Shown: in pieces, positions 10,825 to 24,019 of the stretch
How the letters are laid out: every line of letters begins with the position of its first letter
How positions within the stretch are numbered: the stretch's first letter is position 1
Assembly: GCA_002269645.1 (NCBI GenBank)
Contig: NIVC01003879.1
Span: 1-64,000, forward strand
Direction of reading: 5' to 3'
Source of the DNA: Macrostomum lignano
Lineage: Eukaryota
Length of the DNA: 64,000 nt
Translations under genes and position numbers: made by a program
The notes under the pieces: generated by a model
Told to the model about the DNA's origin: nothing
The model's input: only the letters and a program-made list of their open reading frames with translations
Database searches by the model: none

Positions 10825-13274
10825 ATGGCCCCTTGTGGAATTTTTTTTACTGACAATGGTACAATGGAATCCTTAATTTGGAAGAATCTGAATTTCTTTT
10901 GCTATGATAATGCATTGTTTCTTGCTGAACATCTTTATGCACAAGATAAAACTGAATCAAGTGCATATATATTAGCAACATGTTTCCATAGGTGTAATCG
11001 GCCAAATCAAGCTAAAAAGCTTTTGCAATGTTCTGCATTAACACAGCCTTTGACAAGGTAGGTTAAAGAACCTAATAATTTAATATTTTTAAGCCTAGAA
11101 TTTAGTCTTTGTGTAAATGTAATGTCATGAGTAGGCCCTATTTGACTTGATACTTGAAAGTCTAGGCCTAATACTTGGCCCTATTTTTCATACTTAAAAC
11201 TATTGAGAAATTTTTTAGTAGTTAGATAGTTTCTAAAGCTGATTCAACTAGTAGATAAATAACAAGTTTAATAATAACTTATAATATTATAAATATATAT
11301 ATATATATATAATATAATAATATATCAATCCAGACTTGAGTCACTACCTATCTCTACCTATAAAAATCAAAACTCTGTTTGTCTGTCTGTCTGTGGACAA
11401 ATTACTTCGCTATGGACTTCAAAACCGCTCAACCAAATTACACCAAACTTATTACGGAGAATGTCTTTGGCTACCTTTAAATTTCCTAGACTCAAGTCTT
11501 CCTACCTAAAAGTACAAAAAACTGCTCAAAATGTGCAATTTTTTTCACTAGATCCTCCATAGCGCCGCTCCACTTCTATCGATTTTCTTCAAATTTGACA
11601 TAGATAATCTTAAACTTGGCACAACTTAAATTTAAACTTAAATTTTGGCACAATCATGTAAAATTTCGAGTTTCAAAGTTAATCCTAAGCGGTGCTATGC
11701 ACTTTTAAAGTTAGGCTGTTTTTTTCAGTGTAGCAACCACCCCAACCTCCGCCCGCCTGCCTCTCTTTCCCGATCTGGGCCCAGATGTGTAAAAGGGTTT
11801 CAAAATTGACTAAATTTCAGCTGCCATAAGTTTGCTCCACGTAAAGCAATTTATGTCAAACCTGACACAGTTCTTCATTAACCCATTCTCTATCTAAATG
11901 TAAAGTTTCAACTCTGTAACTCAACTGAAAAAGAAACTGTAAGCATGTGATATTTGTCTGCTTTTTCTGTTGTTTGTGCCATTCACTCACTCATTCCCCA
12001 GAGCCAGACGAAGGGTCAGGCGATAGGACTGAATGTACATAGCAAATGTACAGTGTTTTGGAATAATTTTATTTATAGCCTTCTCTGCACCCCGAGAGTA
12101 GAAAGGCTACATTTAGCCATAACAATTTAGTGAGAAATTCTAACCACTGTCCTAGCTCTGTATTGGCAAACTCTGCAGTAGTTTAACAGTGGATGGCAAT
12201 TGGCAATTGGCAAATAGAAAGAATCCACTATCCAGCATGGTTTGTAAAAGCGAAAGATTTATGAAAAGGCGATGCAATGCAATGCAATACAACCCTACTA
12301 AATTAGGCATACCATAGAAATTTTAGGTTTTGTTTAAAGGTACTATGTAAATATTAAATGACCTCCTAAGAAATGCATATTTCCTTGGTTGTTAGACTGA
12401 TGCAGACTGCAGTGGAGCTGAAAATACACAAATTCCTTTCAGGGCTGCAAATTGGCAAGAAAGATGACATGATCAAAGCATGAGAACAACCATGAGAGTA
12501 CTATGTCCCACAAACTGGCTTTCCAAGCAGGGATGGGCAGACTTTTACCTCAAAGTCCAGATAAAGAATCTAGCTCATAGCTGAAGGGCAGATGAAAGTG
12601 GAAAGAAGAAGGAATAGACGATTCGAGGAGAGGCAACAGAGGGGATAAAAGAAAAGATAAAAGATAATAGGAGAGATGAAGGGGTGAGGACGATGAGAGA
12701 GGGAGAGGGAGAAAAGAGGGGAGAGAGGAAAAGCAAGAGGAGAGAATAGAGATGAAAGAGCAGAGAGCTGCAGATGAGAGGTGAGAGGAGATAGCAGAGA
12801 GGAGAGCAGAGAGGAAACAGGTGAAAGAAGAGATGAGAGAGTAAAGGGAAGAGAGAAGAGATAAAGATACATCTCTACATCTCTAAGGTTGTAGAGATGA
12901 GAGGTGGAAAGAGAGATGAGAGATGAGAGATAATGGAGAGAGGAGAGTGGAGTGAGAGAAGAGAGGGAGACAGAGTATAGAAAAGGGAAGAGAAGAGAAA
13001 AGAAGAAAGGAGAAAGGAAAGTGAGTAGTCAAAAGAGGGGAAAGAAAAGAGTACAGAGGAGAGAGGTGAGAGAACATATAAGACATAGATGCGATATTAA
13101 AGAGGGGATGAGAGAGCAGAGATGAGAGTGAACAGATAAAAGATGGGAGAGTAGAGAGAACAGAGGAGAGGTTACAGAGACAAGAGGAGAGAGGAGAGAC
13201 AAAGGTAGAGAAGTGAGTGAGGAGAGAGGAGAGGAAAGAGGAGAATGGAAAAGGGAGAGATAAGAGAGAAAGAC

Positions 13275-13312
<38 letters not shown>

Positions 13313-13419
13313 GGCGCCTCCAATTTCAGGCATGGACGCGGTACATGTAAAAAGGACAAACAAGTCAAGTTGATTTAAGTTGCCGATATTTCAAATTAGG
13401 TAAATTCTTTGTCAGGGCA

Positions 13420-13510
<91 letters not shown>

Positions 13511-16500
13511 AGGAGGAGTAGAGAGAAATGAGAAAAGATAAAAGAAGAGAAAGGAAAGATGAGAGAGCAAAGACGAGAGAGAAAAGAGGTGCAGGAAGAG
13601 ACGAGAGAAAAGGGGAGAGATGAGAGAGTAGAGGCAAGAGTTAAGAGAAGAGAGAAAAGAATAGAAAGGAGAAGGAAGATAAGAGAGAAGAGGGGGTGAA
13701 AGGAGAAAGGAGAGGAGAGAGAAAAGAAGAGACAAGAGATGAGATAAGAGAGATCAGGGAAGATACAAGAGAAGAGGGGAGAGACGAGAGAGGAGAGATG
13801 AGGGATGAGAGAGATGAGAGGAAACAAAGAGACGATAGAAATTTTTAAGGATCCAAGGGATGTAGGGAGAGTTAGGGAGAGACCAGAGTTTAGCAATATA
13901 TGTTTTAGAGTCAGACAGACATTGCCTAACATTCTGCGCAATACCCCAGCCAACAATGTCTCAAACCCTAATTTTAAACAAATGTGCTCCATTTTATGTC
14001 TACCTCTATCCTACTAACTATTAACAAGTATTTGTTTGTGTATGGCCTTAGATTTCAGAATAAATGCAAAAGTAGTTCCGGGTATTGGAATTCCCCGGGT
14101 TCAAAATCTGCGGGTTTCAACAGCTTGTTATATATAATAGTGACTCAAGTCCAAAATCCAATATTCAAAGAATATTTGCTAAATTTATCATCCATAGTTC
14201 AGAAGGCAAAATGTATGCTAGGATTTCCTTGGGTACAACAAGGCCAAGGATCTTACTATTTTTTGTGTATATCAGGATATATCTAGACATATATGACATA
14301 GCAGATATATTATTATTATGTCAAATGAAAAAAATTGTTTTGGTGCACAAACCTGGTGTATAAACAAGGTCTCGTCATTTTTTTCCAGTATTAAACCCAG
14401 CCTATACTAATACTATGGCTTTTCATAAATAGGGCCTAGTTTTAGCTTTCTATCAATTTGCACTAAACTAAAGCCAAGGCATTTTCATTGTATATAAAAT
14501 ATTTATAGGCATAATGTTTTTGTTTTTTCTTTATTGTTGTAGCTTATTAATATATATACCCATAGGAAGATGTTTTTTTCATGGAAAATTTTGGTACAAA
14601 AGGAGATTAGACCTGCACTGCATTGGCAAATACTAGTGCGATAGTAGGCAAAAGAGAAAAATCTGGCACAGTATGGCACAGGACAAAAATTGGCATAATT
14701 TTATACAAGACAAAAGCTTCTGACAAGACAATATTTTCTCTGACAGAAAATTAGCATGTAATTTTTAGACTTAGTTATATAGATTTCTTTTTATTAGCAC
14801 TTTTGTTTGCCACAAATTGCCGACATATTGACAGCTTTTTAAAATTAATTTATGTTAACATTGCATTTTTTATGAAACAGATTCATATACAAGTTTTACC
14901 AATATTTTTCAAATAGAAAATTACTGCTTTTTCATTTTTTCAAAAAGTTGCAATACATAGTGCAAGCAAACTTTTTGATAAAAAATGATTTCTGGCACAT
15001 GGTGCAAACAAACTTTTTTGATAGGATCTTTACATGTAATGTTTGACAAATAGTTCTCAAATGGAAAGATAGAAAAATGGGAAAGATTACTATACTGTGT
15101 GACAAATTCATGCAAATACAACAAAATATACATAATTGTACACTGTAGCCATTTCAACATAAATTGATCTAGCCTACTCAACAAAAAGTTTGGGGCACCT
15201 AGTTTGAGACAAGTGAGTTGTGCCCCATGACCTTGCAGATGAAGGCTCTAGCCAGAGCATCATAGACAAACTTAATACCATGAAAATGCACATTGAAGGG
15301 TAAGTGCTTGAATAGAGGCAAATAGAAAACCTTTGATTTTGCTGCAGAAGTCACTTAAGTACTCATATAGTTGTGGTTTGCTCAAGCCAGCAAAGATAGC
15401 CACCAGAAAAGGCTAAAGTGAAACAGCTGATCTTTATGAGAATGGGCCAAATTTGGAATTTGGAGGACTTATAGACAGGCATCCATATTAACTGTCACAT
15501 AAAACATATGCACAGTTCTCAATTAGGTAGAGTTTTTGTGCTGTTCAGTTCCAGTAGGTTCTTCTTAATTAAGTAGGCTAGAGTTTTCTGGATAGACAGG
15601 TAGGCAAACCATCCTTCATTCCTACATGAGAAGTGTTAAACAAGAGCATGTATTGAACTAGGACATCATTTAGGGTGTCCAAGCTCTTTCTCTCAGGCTC
15701 ATACAAGTCACTATTGGTGTCTGATAGCGGATCCAGATCCTCATCAAAGCAGTATGTAGGCTCCTTGGCATCAGCTTCGCAGAAATCCACTTCTTCCATT
15801 AACCTAAAGTTGTCAATCTCCATCGCCTCGAAATTCAGTGTGCTTTTTCTAAATGTTAAATGTTAAATAATGTGATAAATGACAAAGCAGATACCTGTAA
15901 TGGTGTTATATTACATACATGCGCAACCTTGGGAATCACCTGGCCGTTTCTATTGGCAACACACACATGTAAGTCGCTATTGGCTGAGAGCAGTCACGTG
16001 ACTACTATTCTGTCCAATAGCGACTTACATGTGTATGTTGCCAATAGAAACGGCCGGGTGAATTCCTAAGTTGCGCCCAAGCATGTGTTATAATGTCAAC
16101 TAAGTGCATACATGAGTTTTTGAATTGGCCACCATAACGCCAACTGGCCATTGAATGGCCACCGATGGCATGAGCCAACATTACTTGCATTAGCATAGTA
16201 AAGTGGCGAGATATATCAAACTATTTAGCAAAATAGTCAATTCAATGCCTTAATATTCTGAATTCCTGATTTGTGATGCACACACTATCATATTGTGGGT
16301 CATACATGCGCAACAGTCGGCCGAGTCGGCCGATCTGGCCGACCGATTTGGCGACCAACCAAGGAAGTCGCAAAAATTCCCACCCGAAAAAATACCAAAG
16401 TAGTAGTACTAAGTAGCTGACGAGGCATTTTGACTTAATAAGACAGTCATAGTTACTCCTGCCGTTTATCCAAAGTTGCGTTAATTTTGAGTCAGGGTTT

Positions 16501-19500
16501 TTTTATATGTAAGTCGCATTTTTGGCCAAAAACTACGTCGCATTTTTGTTAAAATGAAGTCGCATGGCCGACCGAATTTTGGAGGTTGCGCATGTATGTT
16601 GTGGGTATATATGTGCATATGACTATGGTTATGGTGTTAAGAAATGCAGTTATAAGATGCTTGCCTGTCTCCCATACCCCAGGTACCTTTACGCCCAGTG
16701 CTGCCTAGAGACTGGCGACCTGAGCGCAGCAGAGGACGCCTTGATAAACAGCCGAACTGGCTTAGCATTTGCTCAGCCACAGGCTCAACAGACGCCAATT
16801 CAAACTGGATTGAATGCCAATGACGATCTATCTAGACTCTGCAGAGACTTTGGCGGCGATAATTCGGAAGATTCCACAGCTGTTGGATTTGCTTTGAAAC
16901 TTCTCGGCGACGTTTATCGTCGTACAGATCGAAATGAACGAGCCGCCGAGTGCTATAGGAGAGCGTTGGGCTTTAATCCTTATCTGTGGACCTGCTACGA
17001 GGCATTGTGCAGCCTGGGCGAGGCGCCAGATCCTGCTGTCGCGTTTCCGGTAGCTATACGATTTGCTTTATATTTGCCCTATCCATTGTTGAGTACATGG
17101 ACCACTAAATAAAATAGATGTGACTTGCATTGTAGTGTCCATGGACCACTAAGTACTCGTATAGTAAATGTGTGACCTGTATTTTATGGTTCATGGACCA
17201 CTAAGTGGAGTAGATGAGCATGCTTGGGCGCAACCTAGGGATTTACCCGGCCGTTTCTATTGGCAACACACACATGTAAGTCGCTATTGGACGGAATAGT
17301 AGTCACGTGACTGCTCTCAGCCAATAGCGACTTACATGTGTGTGTTGCCATTAGAAACAGCCGGGTGATTCCCAAGGTTGCGCATGTATGGTAGATGAGT
17401 GACCTGCATTGTTGGTTCCATGGATCGACTATCAAGTGGAGATAAGCAGTGTCCATGGACCATTAAGTAAAGTAGATGCGTGTGACCTGCATTGTTAGGA
17501 CCATGGATCACTAAACTGATCGACACTGTTTCTTGGAAGCTTTTAAAGGCTCACCTTAACCCTAGAATTCTTGAGAATTATAGCGAATTTTAGTTAAATA
17601 TTAAAAATACTTTAAATTATGCCCTCAGGTGCAGACAGCAACAGCAGGTCTGGACACCTCCTCGGCTTCCTCGTTGTCAGCTGACTGCGGTGGCTTAGGC
17701 GGTGATGCCAGTTCAGTTGGTATAGCTAATAATAACAGCAATAGTACTCGACAGTTCTCAGTGGAATCGGCGGCGTCCACGGATGCTTCTGGTTGGTTTG
17801 AATTTAATATAATTGCTTTATTGATGTTCCCTGACTTTTCTTATCTGGACTGGAGGCCCTGAATTCGACACTCTTGAACAAAAAATCTGGACTGGAGTCC
17901 CTGAATTCGACACTCTTGAACAAAAAATCTGGACTGGAGTCACTGAATTCGACACACTTAAACAAAAAATCTGGACTGGAGTCCCTGAATTCGACACTCT
18001 TAAACAAAAAATCTGGACTGGAGTCACTGAATTCGACACACTTAAACAAAAAATCTGGACTGGAGTCCCTGAATTCGACACTCTTGAACAAAAAATCTGG
18101 ACTGGAGTCCCTGAATTCGACACTCTTGAACAAAAAATCTGGACTGGAGTCACTGAAATCGACAATAGACACCCTTAAACATAGATTCAAGATTCTGGAT
18201 AGAAGTCCCTGAATTCGACACTCTTGAACAAAAAATCTGGACTGGAGTCCCTGAATTCGACACTCTTGTACATAAATATTGGATTGGAAACCCTCGGATT
18301 ACTAATCACTTATCACTGAACTGAAGACAAATGCTAACATAACATTTCTCTCTTATTACCCCAAAAATAGTTTCTGGCGCTGGTTTCGCTACCGTTTCGG
18401 TTGCCTCAGCCACCGCCGCCTCAGCTGCAGCTGCCACTCCAGCCGTTAGCGGAGTCATCCCGGCGCCGCCAGCCATCGCCGACGCGCCAATGCGACGAAG
18501 ACCTAGAAGCGGTCGGCAGCAGCAGCAGCAGCAGCAAATTGCTCCAGGAGCCGATTCGGCCGTTAATTTCCCCTACATTCTAGACTCGGCCTATTCAACT
18601 CCTTTGCCTTCGTCTATGGCTGCGTCCACCGCTGCCGCAATCGCCGCCGTCGCTGCGACACCCGCGGCATCCGCGGTAGCGACAGCAACGGTTCTCCCAG
18701 TGTCGACGCCTGTAGCGCAGAACTATCGTGCGCTGGCCATGTCGCCACTGGGCGCCAAGGAGAACAATCAGGGAGTGCGAACGCGTGCCCAGACGCGATC
18801 GCTGATGTCATCGCGGGCTGGCAATATTTCTAGGCGGAGTCGGTCGTTCCGGAGCAAAGATAATAGCTCAATGGAGGACGAGGTGAGTAGAAATTTTAAT
18901 TATTGCTATAATAGATTGCATGCATAGCAGTTGACTTGAGATATAGGTATTAATAGCGGCAACGGAGATTATTAGACTGACGAACATACCAGGTAGAGTG
19001 ACGGAGATTACAGGTAGAATTACGCATATTACAGGTAGACTGACAGACATTACTGATATTATATGTATGTAGAGTTACAGATATGACAGGTGGAATTACG
19101 GCTATTACAGGTAGAATTACGGCTATTACAGGTAGAATTACGGCTATTACAGGTAGAATTACGGCTATTACAGGTGGAATTACGGCTATTACAGGTGGAA
19201 TTACGAATATTACGGGTAGAATGACGGAGATTGCAGGTAGAATTACGCATATTAAAGGTAGACTGACAGACATTACAGGTGGAATTACTGATATTACAGG
19301 TAGCCTGAAGGAGAATGGAGATCACAGGTAGGATCACAGCTTAGAGGTAGACTGATGCAAAATACAGGTGGATTGACAGAGATTACAGCAGGTAGATTGA
19401 AAGAGATTACAGGTAGATTGACAGAGATTTCAGGTAGATTGACTGAGATTACAGGCAGATTGGTGGAGATTACAGGTAGATTGACAGAGATCACAGTTAC

Positions 19501-22500
19501 AGGTAGATTGACAGAGATCACAGTTACAGGTAGATTGACAGAGATCACAGTTACAGGTAAATTTACAGAGATCACAGTTACAGGTAGATTGACAGAGATC
19601 ACAGTTACAGGTAGATTGACAGAGATCACAGTTACAGGTAAATTTACAGAGATCACAGTTACAGGTAGATTGACAGATATTACAGGTAGATTGACAGATA
19701 TTACAGGTAGATTGACAGAGATTACAGGTAGATTGACAGATTACAGGTAGATTGACAGAGATTACAGGTAGATTGACAGATTACAGGCAGATTGACTGAG
19801 ATTACAAATAGAATGACAGCTTACAGATAGACTTATGAAGATTACAGGTAAAATATTACAACCACCCAATTAGATTGATATACAGTGAGGTGTATTCCCT
19901 TAATTATAAATATACCCTCAGCCCGAGAACAAGCCTCAGCAGCAGCAGCAACAGCAGCAGGTTTCGTCGCTTCTAGAAGAGCATAATCCAGCTGTCTCAG
20001 GCATAATTGGTGGCGATCTTCATCAGCAGCAACACAAACAGCAGCAGCGATTAGCTTGGCTAATACCCCAGCTCCATCAGCTAGCCAGCGCCTACCGGCA
20101 CCTATCCAATTGCCAATGGTCTGACGCGGCTAAACTATTGGAATCTCTGCCGCCCAAACTGCATTACAGTGGCCCGGCATTGCAGTGGCTGAGCAGGGCC
20201 TATTACGAATTAGAGGATTATCACGGTGCATGTAGGCTGTTTAGCGAGCTGCGCCAGAGACAGCCGTGGAATCTGCGCGGAATGGACGTGTACAGCAGCA
20301 CGCTGTGGTATCTGCAGAAAGAGGCCCAGCTGAGTTCGCTAGCTAGAGATCTGCTAGACTTGGACAGGTGCGCCGCTGTTGAGCCTTGGTGCGCTGCCGG
20401 CAATTGCTTCTCTTTGCAGAGGGAGCACGAGATTGCTTTGAAATATTTCCGACGGGCTACTCAGGTGAGTAGTATATTTTGTAGTGTTTAATGCTAGGAA
20501 TAATTCCCCCTGTAGCCTTAAATACCCCTTGATTGAATAATACCCTCGTAGCTCCAGATTCCCTGATATAGGAATACCCCCGTAGCTCCAGATTCCCTGA
20601 TATAGGAATACCCCCGTAGCTCCAGATTCCCTGATATAGGAATACCCCGTAGCTCCAGATTCCCTGATATAGGAATACCCCGTAGGCCGTAGCTCCAGAT
20701 TCCCTGATATAGGAATACCCCGTAGCTCCAGATTCCCTGATATAGGAATACCCCGTAGCTCCAGATTCCCTGATATAGGAATACCCCGTAGGCCGTAGCT
20801 CCAGATTCCTTGATATAGGAATACCCCCGTAGCTCCAGATTCCCTGATATAGGAATACCCCGTAGCTCCAGATTCCCTGATATAGGAATACCCCGTAGGC
20901 CGTAGCTCCAGATTCCCTGATATAGGAATACCCCCGTAGCTCCAGATTCCCTGATATAGGAATACCCCGTAGGCCGTAGCTCCAGATTCCCTGATATAGG
21001 AATACCCCCGTAGCTCCAGATTCCCTGATATAGGAATACCCCCGTAGCTCCAGATTCCCTGATATAGGAATACCCTGTAGCTCCAGATTCCCTGATATAG
21101 GAATACCCCCGTAGCTCCAGATTCCCTGATATAGGAATACCCCCGGAGCTCCAGATTCCCTGATATAGGAATACCCCCGGAGCTCCAGATTCCCTGATAT
21201 AGGAATACCCCCATAACTCCAGATAACCAACATGCAATGTAGGAATACCCTGTAGCTTAAGATTCCCTTATATAGGAATACCCCCCGTAGCTCCAAATAC
21301 CCTGATATAGGAATACCCGGTGACTTTCATTTAAAAATTCCCCAGAACCCTTGAATCTTTCCGTGACTTAACACTCCCCAGATACGGAATACCCCTCGTG
21401 GTTTTAAACTACCTCAAGGCTATAAATTCTTAAACAGTCTAACTACCCCCGATAACCTCGCTCCATCATTTGCCCAGGTAAATCCTAATTACGCATACGC
21501 TTACGTACTACTAGCCCTGGAGTACACTTCCATAGACCAGCTGGAGAAGGCTCTGGCAGCATTTCGCACCGCCGTTCGACTCGAACCGCGCGCTTACAAC
21601 GCCTGGTACGGCATTAGCAATGTATACTTTAAGCAGGAGAAGTTCGCCCTAGCCGAGTGTCACTTTATAAAAGCTTTGAGAATCTATCCGAATTCGGCCG
21701 TGTTGCTAACCAATTTCGGCGTCACTATGGCCAGGATGGGCCGTCTAAGCGAGGCGCTGGACTTGTTCACCAAGGCCAAGTCTTTGTCGCCAAAAATGCC
21801 GCTCTGCCGCTATCAGCGCGCTTCGGTGCTGTTCACGCTTGGTCGTCACCAGGATGCCCTCCAGGAGTTGAATAGTTTGCGTCAGCTGACGCCTAAGGAG
21901 AGTCGGGTGTTCTTCCTGCTCGGTCGGGTCTATAAAGCTTTGGATCAGGTGAGTGAATTTTTTATTTTTAAAAACGGCCCTTTTGAGGCACCGTTTTTGT
22001 ATTATAATATTAATTGTATTCTACTAGTTAGTATTCCTAATACTACTAGTACATAAACATTTGACGGTGTTTTTATGCATAGGAATTTTTACGATCGATA
22101 ATAATTGATAGAAATTATGTTATTATATATGTTCATCTATATTTAGTTAAAACGGCCTTTTTCGGGCCGTCACGATTTTCGATCGTGAATCTCGATTGTA
22201 CTATTTTGATATACGAGTAAACTATTAGTTTTGTGTTGTATCGCTAAAACGGCCCTTTTAAGGCGGACCAACATTGAAGCACTTTTTAGTCTTCGTTTAG
22301 TAGACTGCTTATTGAATTATAATCGAGCTATTGGCATGATTATAAAGCCACTTTGACGATTCTAATAAATTCTAATAAAACTATTTTGTTCAATCTGCCT
22401 TCAAAACGGTCCTGTCAAGGGCCTATCAAGGATATAAAAAATGAGCTATTTAATCTCCACTGTAGGATAATCAAGCCATGGTGTTCTTCAACTGGGCTAT

Positions 22501-22726
22501 GGATTTAGATCCGCGCGGAGTTAATCTGCAGCTTAACGACACCCTGGACATTGTCGCCGGTGGAGGAGGCGGCGGAGGTACCGACGCGGGTGCTTCGGAG
22601 AGCGACACAACTATGGACGTTTCCATGCAGCCGCCGCAGCAGCAGCAGCATCCGGGCTATCACATGGTAGCGCCCAGTGCAATGATGATGGACGAAATAC
22701 TGTCGGATCAGTCTTCTGTTGATTAG
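10825..22726 (+). CDS. CDC27: Cell division cycle 27 / APC3; exons 10825(or 10864)-11057, 16683-17049, 17629-17791, 18371-18882, 19922-20464, 21478-21948, 22466-22726
   Basis: All junctions are GT-AG and phase-compatible. Motifs: YDNALFLAEHLYA, YLYAQCC, NPYLWTCYEALCSLGE, GMDVYSSTLWYLQK, WCAAGNCFSLQREHEIALKYFRRA, YNAWYG, PKESRVFFLLGRVYK, FNWAMDLDPRG; long low-complexity linker between the N- and C-terminal TPR blocks. Confidence 0.95.
11348..12030 (+). mobile_element. Non-autonomous Helitron/Helentron-like repeat in CDC27 intron 1
   Basis: Starts CTATCTCTACCTATAAAA followed by a (TGTC)n tract and AAACCGCTCAACCAAATT...CACCAAACTT, a layout typical of this repeat class; 3' end uncertain. Confidence 0.45.
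12600..13830. repeat. GA-rich low-complexity tract including pure (GA)n at 13424-13505
   Basis: Direct reading; source of the Leu/Ser-rich minus-strand ORFs. Confidence 0.9.
14921..15823 (-). mobile_element. Degenerate CACTA/EnSpm-type transposase remnant in CDC27 intron 1
   Basis: Motifs across frames, in order: NMD...KSSKFQIWPIL, VAIFAGLSKP, KFVYDALARAFICKVMGHNS (like ICDAPARAF...GHN), LHEFVTQYSNLSHFSIFPFENYL; internal deletions, stops and frameshifts. Confidence 0.8.
15914..16085 (+). mobile_element. 172-bp palindromic MITE, family A
   Basis: Begins CATACATGCGCAAC; arms GGCCGTTTCTATTGGCAAC...GTAAGTCGCTATTGG are inverted around a central AGTCACGTGACT; no clean TSD. Confidence 0.85.
16301..16598 (+). 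mobile_element. 298-bp hAT-type MITE, family B
   Basis: Perfect 14-bp TIR CATACATGCGCAAC / GTTGCGCATGTATG and 8-bp TSD TTGTGGGT on both sides; second copy at 55048-55345. Confidence 0.92.
17219..17390 (-). mobile_element. 172-bp palindromic MITE, family A, inverted relative to the 15914 copy, in CDC27 intron 2
   Basis: Near-exact reverse complement of 15914-16085; flanked by a direct repeat GTAGATGA(G) of 8-9 bp. Confidence 0.88.
17847..18268. repeat. 42-bp minisatellite in CDC27 intron 3
   Basis: GGACTGGAGTCCCTGAATTCGACACTCTTGAACAAAAAATCT tandem units. Confidence 0.95.
18960..19850. repeat. 21/27-bp minisatellite with TTACAGGTAGA core in CDC27 intron 4
   Basis: Tandem units TTACAGGTAGAATTACGGCTA and TTACAGGTAGATTGACAGAGA(TCACAG). 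Confidence 0.93.
20505..21320. repeat. 33-34-bp minisatellite in CDC27 intron 5
   Basis: GTAGCTCCAGATTCCCTGATATAGGAATACCCC(C) units, with occasional GTAGGCC insert. Confidence 0.95.
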
Positions 22727-22944
22727 TGAGTGCGAGCTGTGCTGGCCAAATATAGAATGATGCCAGTTAATTCGGCTCACGACTCCGCTCACGAATCACG
22801 TGACTTCTCTCGCTCCTTATTTTGCCTTTATTGCTATTAGGTGCACAGCTTTAAAGGCGTTGCTTTTATTTTAATTGCCTTTAAATTCCTATTACCTGCA
22901 AACCTTGCGCTGTCAAAGTAGTTGATAAAAATACAACAATTAAA

Positions 22945-23275
22945 ATCGATATGGATATCCATGGACAAAGATTCTGAATTGGAAGCTTCGATTGAATTGG
23001 ATATCCATGAACATAGATTCTGGATTGGAATCTTTGGTTGAATTGAATATCCATGGACATAAATTTTGGATTGGAAACTTCGATTGAATTGGATATCCAT
23101 AGACATAAATTCTGCTTGGAAACTTTGATTGAATTGGATATCCATGGACATAAATTTTGGATTGGAATCTTTGGTTGAATTGGATATCCATGAACATAGA
23201 TTCTGGATTGGAATCTTTGGTTGAATTGGATATCCATGAACATAGATTCTGGATTGGAAGCTTCGGTTGAATTGG
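22945..23275. repeat. 46-bp minisatellite downstream of the CDC27 stop codon
   Basis: TTGGATATCCATGAACATAGATTCTGGATTGGAATCTTTGGTTGAA units, followed by AATAAA near 23281. Confidence 0.9.
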
Positions 23276-24019
23276 CTATAAATAAACGTCGATCAGTACA
23301 AAATTGATTAGCCTATTTAAAAAATAACCTATTATATATACTATGTCACTTGTAACACGTACTTTAAAGCTCTCTAAAACTTTATGCATGTATTATAAAA
23401 AAATAATTAATGCCTTTCTGTACTACTGAAGTTCCGACAGCCTACATATTCTCGTGACTTTCACAACACGGCAGTACCAGCTTGTCAGTTTTTATTCCGT
23501 ATAAATTTTTGTAAAATATTAAAGTAATTTTTTTTCAATTTCATTTCGTCAGTTTTACTTAATTTTCTTTTGTGGCTACTGACAAAAGCGTATGAAGGCT
23601 TTTTTGTTTGTTTTTATGTAGCTAGTTAAGCGCATTGTATGCTCATTATAATTATATTTAACTGTATGTAACACTTTATGATTGACGTTTTAGTTTTTAT
23701 TACTTATTTAAGGAAACAATTCGCATATTATATCACTCATTAGTAGTAAGCTCTCATTAATAATTTTCCATTTTCTTTAAACCAAAGCTCGTATTGGTGC
23801 AAGTGTTCGCAAATTTGAACAATTATATAATTTTATTGCAGTGAAAAACAATCAATAAATTTATTTCTTATACCACACCCGCAACTGCGTATTAATAATT
23901 TGAATAATCAAATTGAAGTGTAAAAAGCTGCATCCTGCGATTATCTCTGTGCAATTGGTTTAGCTTGTTTGCCTCTGATCTCAATTTCATATTGCTAAAA
24001 AGTTAGAGCGAGTCATATT

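Noticed and set aside
12570-13992. Leu/Ser-rich membrane-protein-like ORFs
   Set aside because: Translation of the CT strand of GA-rich low-complexity DNA
16417-16424. CTGACGAG as a hammerhead ribozyme core
   Set aside because: No correctly placed GAAA or stems found; it lies inside a MITE
16564-16682. N-terminal part of ORF 16564..17112
   Set aside because: Starts inside a MITE; the real exon begins at 16683
17804-21296. Repetitive ORFs inside CDC27
   Set aside because: They lie in minisatellite-filled introns bounded by valid splice sites
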